Origin: Balanoglossus misakiensis
Lineage: Eukaryota; Animalia; Hemichordata
Direction: 5' to 3'
NCBI GenBank assembly: GCA_040954595.2
Contig: CM082597.2
Span: forward strand, 8,390,343-8,454,342
Length of the DNA stretch: 64,000 bases
Of this stretch, positions 61,214-64,000 are shown one piece after another. Below the pieces are notes generated by a model. It was given only the letters and a program-made list of their open reading frames with translations. It was not told the origin of the DNA and searched no databases. The translations under genes and the position numbers were made by a program. Position 1 is the stretch's first letter; each line of letters begins with the position of its first letter.

Positions 61214-62453
61214 TTATGCGCTAGATGTTTTCCCTCTTGTATTAATTATACACATGTTAAGAAATGCGTGACATTTAATGAATTTCTTTATGACTGTCGC
61301 AAGATGAAATTGAATTTGTTAATGTTAAACGTGTTGCTTCCGGCTAATCGATAAAGTAAACAAAAGTGGTAGTAATCATCAAGGTGTCCGTGTCATAACC
61401 AGCGGGGATCGTATATAGAACGTCGGTTGGATACAAAAGTGAAAAACCGGCATAATGTCTTGCAAGTATACATTTCTCGAGTGCACATGTGAGATATATT
61501 TAATTACTTTCCCTTCAGTGCATTGTCGACGCTAATAATAATGCTACAATGCGGATTAAGGGGGATTAACTTACCGGTATAGGGCTCTGAAATAGTTACT
61601 GAAAGAGTGGCTTTAATTTATTTATGGCAACATATCTTATTCTCAAATTTTTGTAGTTCTAGAAAATCAATTTGTAATATTCTACAGCCTCCCACGTCGT
61701 CCCCATTTGCATTATTCAGATAAATAAATTACTTGATAACTTACATTCCCCACTACATTTCATTTATTTGCCGGTTTGCCTAGTGTACCAGGGCAGAGTA
61801 CTTGCCACCCCACCCCACCGATGCTAACTTTGAGTGGAGTGGCAAAAGTAAAATTGGTCCTCCTAAACATTGAGTTAATTTGCTTTTGAGTTCATTAAAA
61901 TGCAACTTTGAGCTACACATTTTACAAAATTTTCTTAGGTGGGATGAGGACACGACCACCCCCCCCCCCACTTTTCTTGTTTACCAATTCTACCAACTAT
62001 TGTATTGACGTGTCATTTTAATTTATTCATATTTTTCTTTATTTCAATGCTATACTGTTATACACTTCAATTATAAATTCATTTAAGAAATTTATAATTG
62101 CGTTGTCAGGAACCCCTTTCCCTTTATTGCACACAGTGTACATAAGATCACAATGGCGAATGTTTTTTTTTTGGGGGGGGAGTCATCATATGCTTGGGCC
62201 TGTCAAAGAGGGGGGTCATCATTTTTGGTCCTGTGTGAGGGGGGGGGGGGGGTTGGCCTGATTTTGAAAACCGATGACACAACCTTGCCGCCCCCAGCAG
62301 AAAAAAACCTGAACAGTTCCTTAACTCTCATTTGATTCGTGGATATACACAATGCACAATAAGTGTACGTTTTAATGGCAACCAGAATAAACCAGAGCAA
62401 TACAAGTCAAACGCATATAAAAACTCTTTCAATTACAGAAAACTAGAACTCCA

Positions 62454-62683
62454 CCAATTAATGACAAGTACAATTACGGGTTATTACAATGGCAAGTTAC
62501 AGTACTGGTTATTACTAATAAAACAGAAATATTGATCCATGTATACACGTAATTTGATTCTGGGAGAAGGCACAATACATACAAAGTGTACAGTAAGTGT
62601 ACCATCAATTAATGACAAGTACAATTACAACGGCAAGTGACAATACTGGTTATTACAAAACAGAAATATTGATCCATGTATAC
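62454..62683 (+). repeat. Imperfect direct duplication (~90 bp x2)
   Basis: caattaatgacaagtacaattac...aacagaaatattgatccatgtatac occurs twice. Confidence 0.8.
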
Positions 62684-64000
62684 ATGTATATATCCAATCC
62701 TGGCAGATTACAAAGAAATGTATAAATATCGTACTATATGAACAAAATCGATCATAGGCGCACGCAATACAAATTAATTTTAACGACACATCTAACTCTC
62801 ATCAAAACGCTGCTCTTTCAGACTAGTTTGTTGGCACCTCTAGCTAAACGTACATCTATGCCTTTCACATTTAATGCATTGTCAACAAAACTCGATTTCC
62901 AAAAAAGCTAAATGAACACTTCTTGCTTCATAAAGTCTAAAAACAGATAACATTTTGGATGGTAAACATTTGTTTAGAACTCGTCCAAAAGGTTATTTTA
63001 TAATTTCTGTAGACCAAACGGAGGCCCCTGTGCTAAACGTGGAATCGTCCATCGGATTAAACAACTCCCATCATTGCACTGAAAACAGTCAGGTGATTAC
63101 ACAGACAAAGGGTAGAATTGAAGTCGGATTTTGGTGACACCTGCAAGATATCAAGCATTATAAAAACGTGATGACAAAGCATTGGGCGTTTCTTTGCAAG
63201 TGAAACAAGATCAAACACCTGGTTCACATCCCAGCGTTAATTTAAAAAAGGAAAAGCGCCCTTACGTGAATCAGTACATTTTTTACGTTTACGGTATTTT
63301 CCATGTGTCAGTATTAATTGTAAGATGCAGTACCTTGTTCTGCATTTTAAGTTTTTGTTGCATATTTATCCACAGTACCCACTGAAATCACACTGATTGC
63401 CACTTGTCTTAAATTTCATCAATCGCAAGTACATGGAGCATTTCAACTTTTGCAAAATTTAGAAGAAATTAATTTGTATACCTTACAACCATCATTTTGC
63501 CAGTTAGTCTCATCAAAGTAGCTACATCTGTGTTGAGTAGTGAGAACAGTGATGTCAACCCCATGGGCTGTAGGGAAAAAATATACACAGAACTTCGGTT
63601 ACATCAACATATTCCATATAAAACCAACTGGAGTATCTGTAAGGTAGTGTGCACCCAGAAAATGAAATTCATAAACTTTTGTATTATATTGCTAAAGGCA
63701 AAAGAAATACAAAACGCATACCAAGTGTTTTGTGTACACCTTTGTATGGAGGTCGATTAAACGGCTTGAGCGCCCGTTTAATATATCACTTGATCAAATT
63801 GCAACATACAGTCACAATTGGGCATCGACAAGAAGTAAATGTATTACAATCAGTAAGCATATTTAGATGGACCGTTCTAAGCTCGATAGTAAAATTAGAA
63901 AATTGGGAACGCTATATTCAAACCGCAAGATCGTAGTATAGCTTTCTACATATGCATGTTCGTTTTTGAAATTAAAAAGAATCATACACAGCAAAAAAGA

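Noticed and set aside
61500-64000. Short ORFs at the right end of the window
   Set aside because: No recognisable motifs; AT-rich, repeat-like non-coding sequence.

Overview
AT-rich animal genomic DNA with GT-AG introns, probably from a marine invertebrate. The window is transposon-dense and rearranged. No prokaryotic operons, rRNA, tRNA or CRISPR arrays were seen. Left to right: (1) a Gmr1-type Gypsy LTR retrotransposon (PR-IN-RT-RH order, open ORF, PPT, 3' LTR 4694-5266) nested in a second, 5'-truncated Gypsy with non-canonical catalytic motifs; (2) VWC-repeat exons, partly duplicated about 35 kb apart; (3) a decayed minus-strand multi-exon extracellular gene (EGF-Ca, CUB, Sushi, mucin, HYR, GCC2/GCC3 repeats, EGF) carrying two tandem, intron-split, two-domain expansin-like modules; (4) a 2.6-kb CAC-ended element with asymmetric 12/24-spaced termini whose degenerate ORF joins a FAM60A/SINHCAF-like zinc domain, an F-box and RAG1/Transib-like transposase motifs; (5) two adjacent ISL2EU-type DNA transposons (THAP-DDE_Tnp_4 plus SAP-SWIM-YqaJ nuclease), one of which appears to start both convergent genes from an identical micro-exon inside its TIRs; and many MITEs. 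All domain calls come from manual translation and recalled motifs, not database searches.
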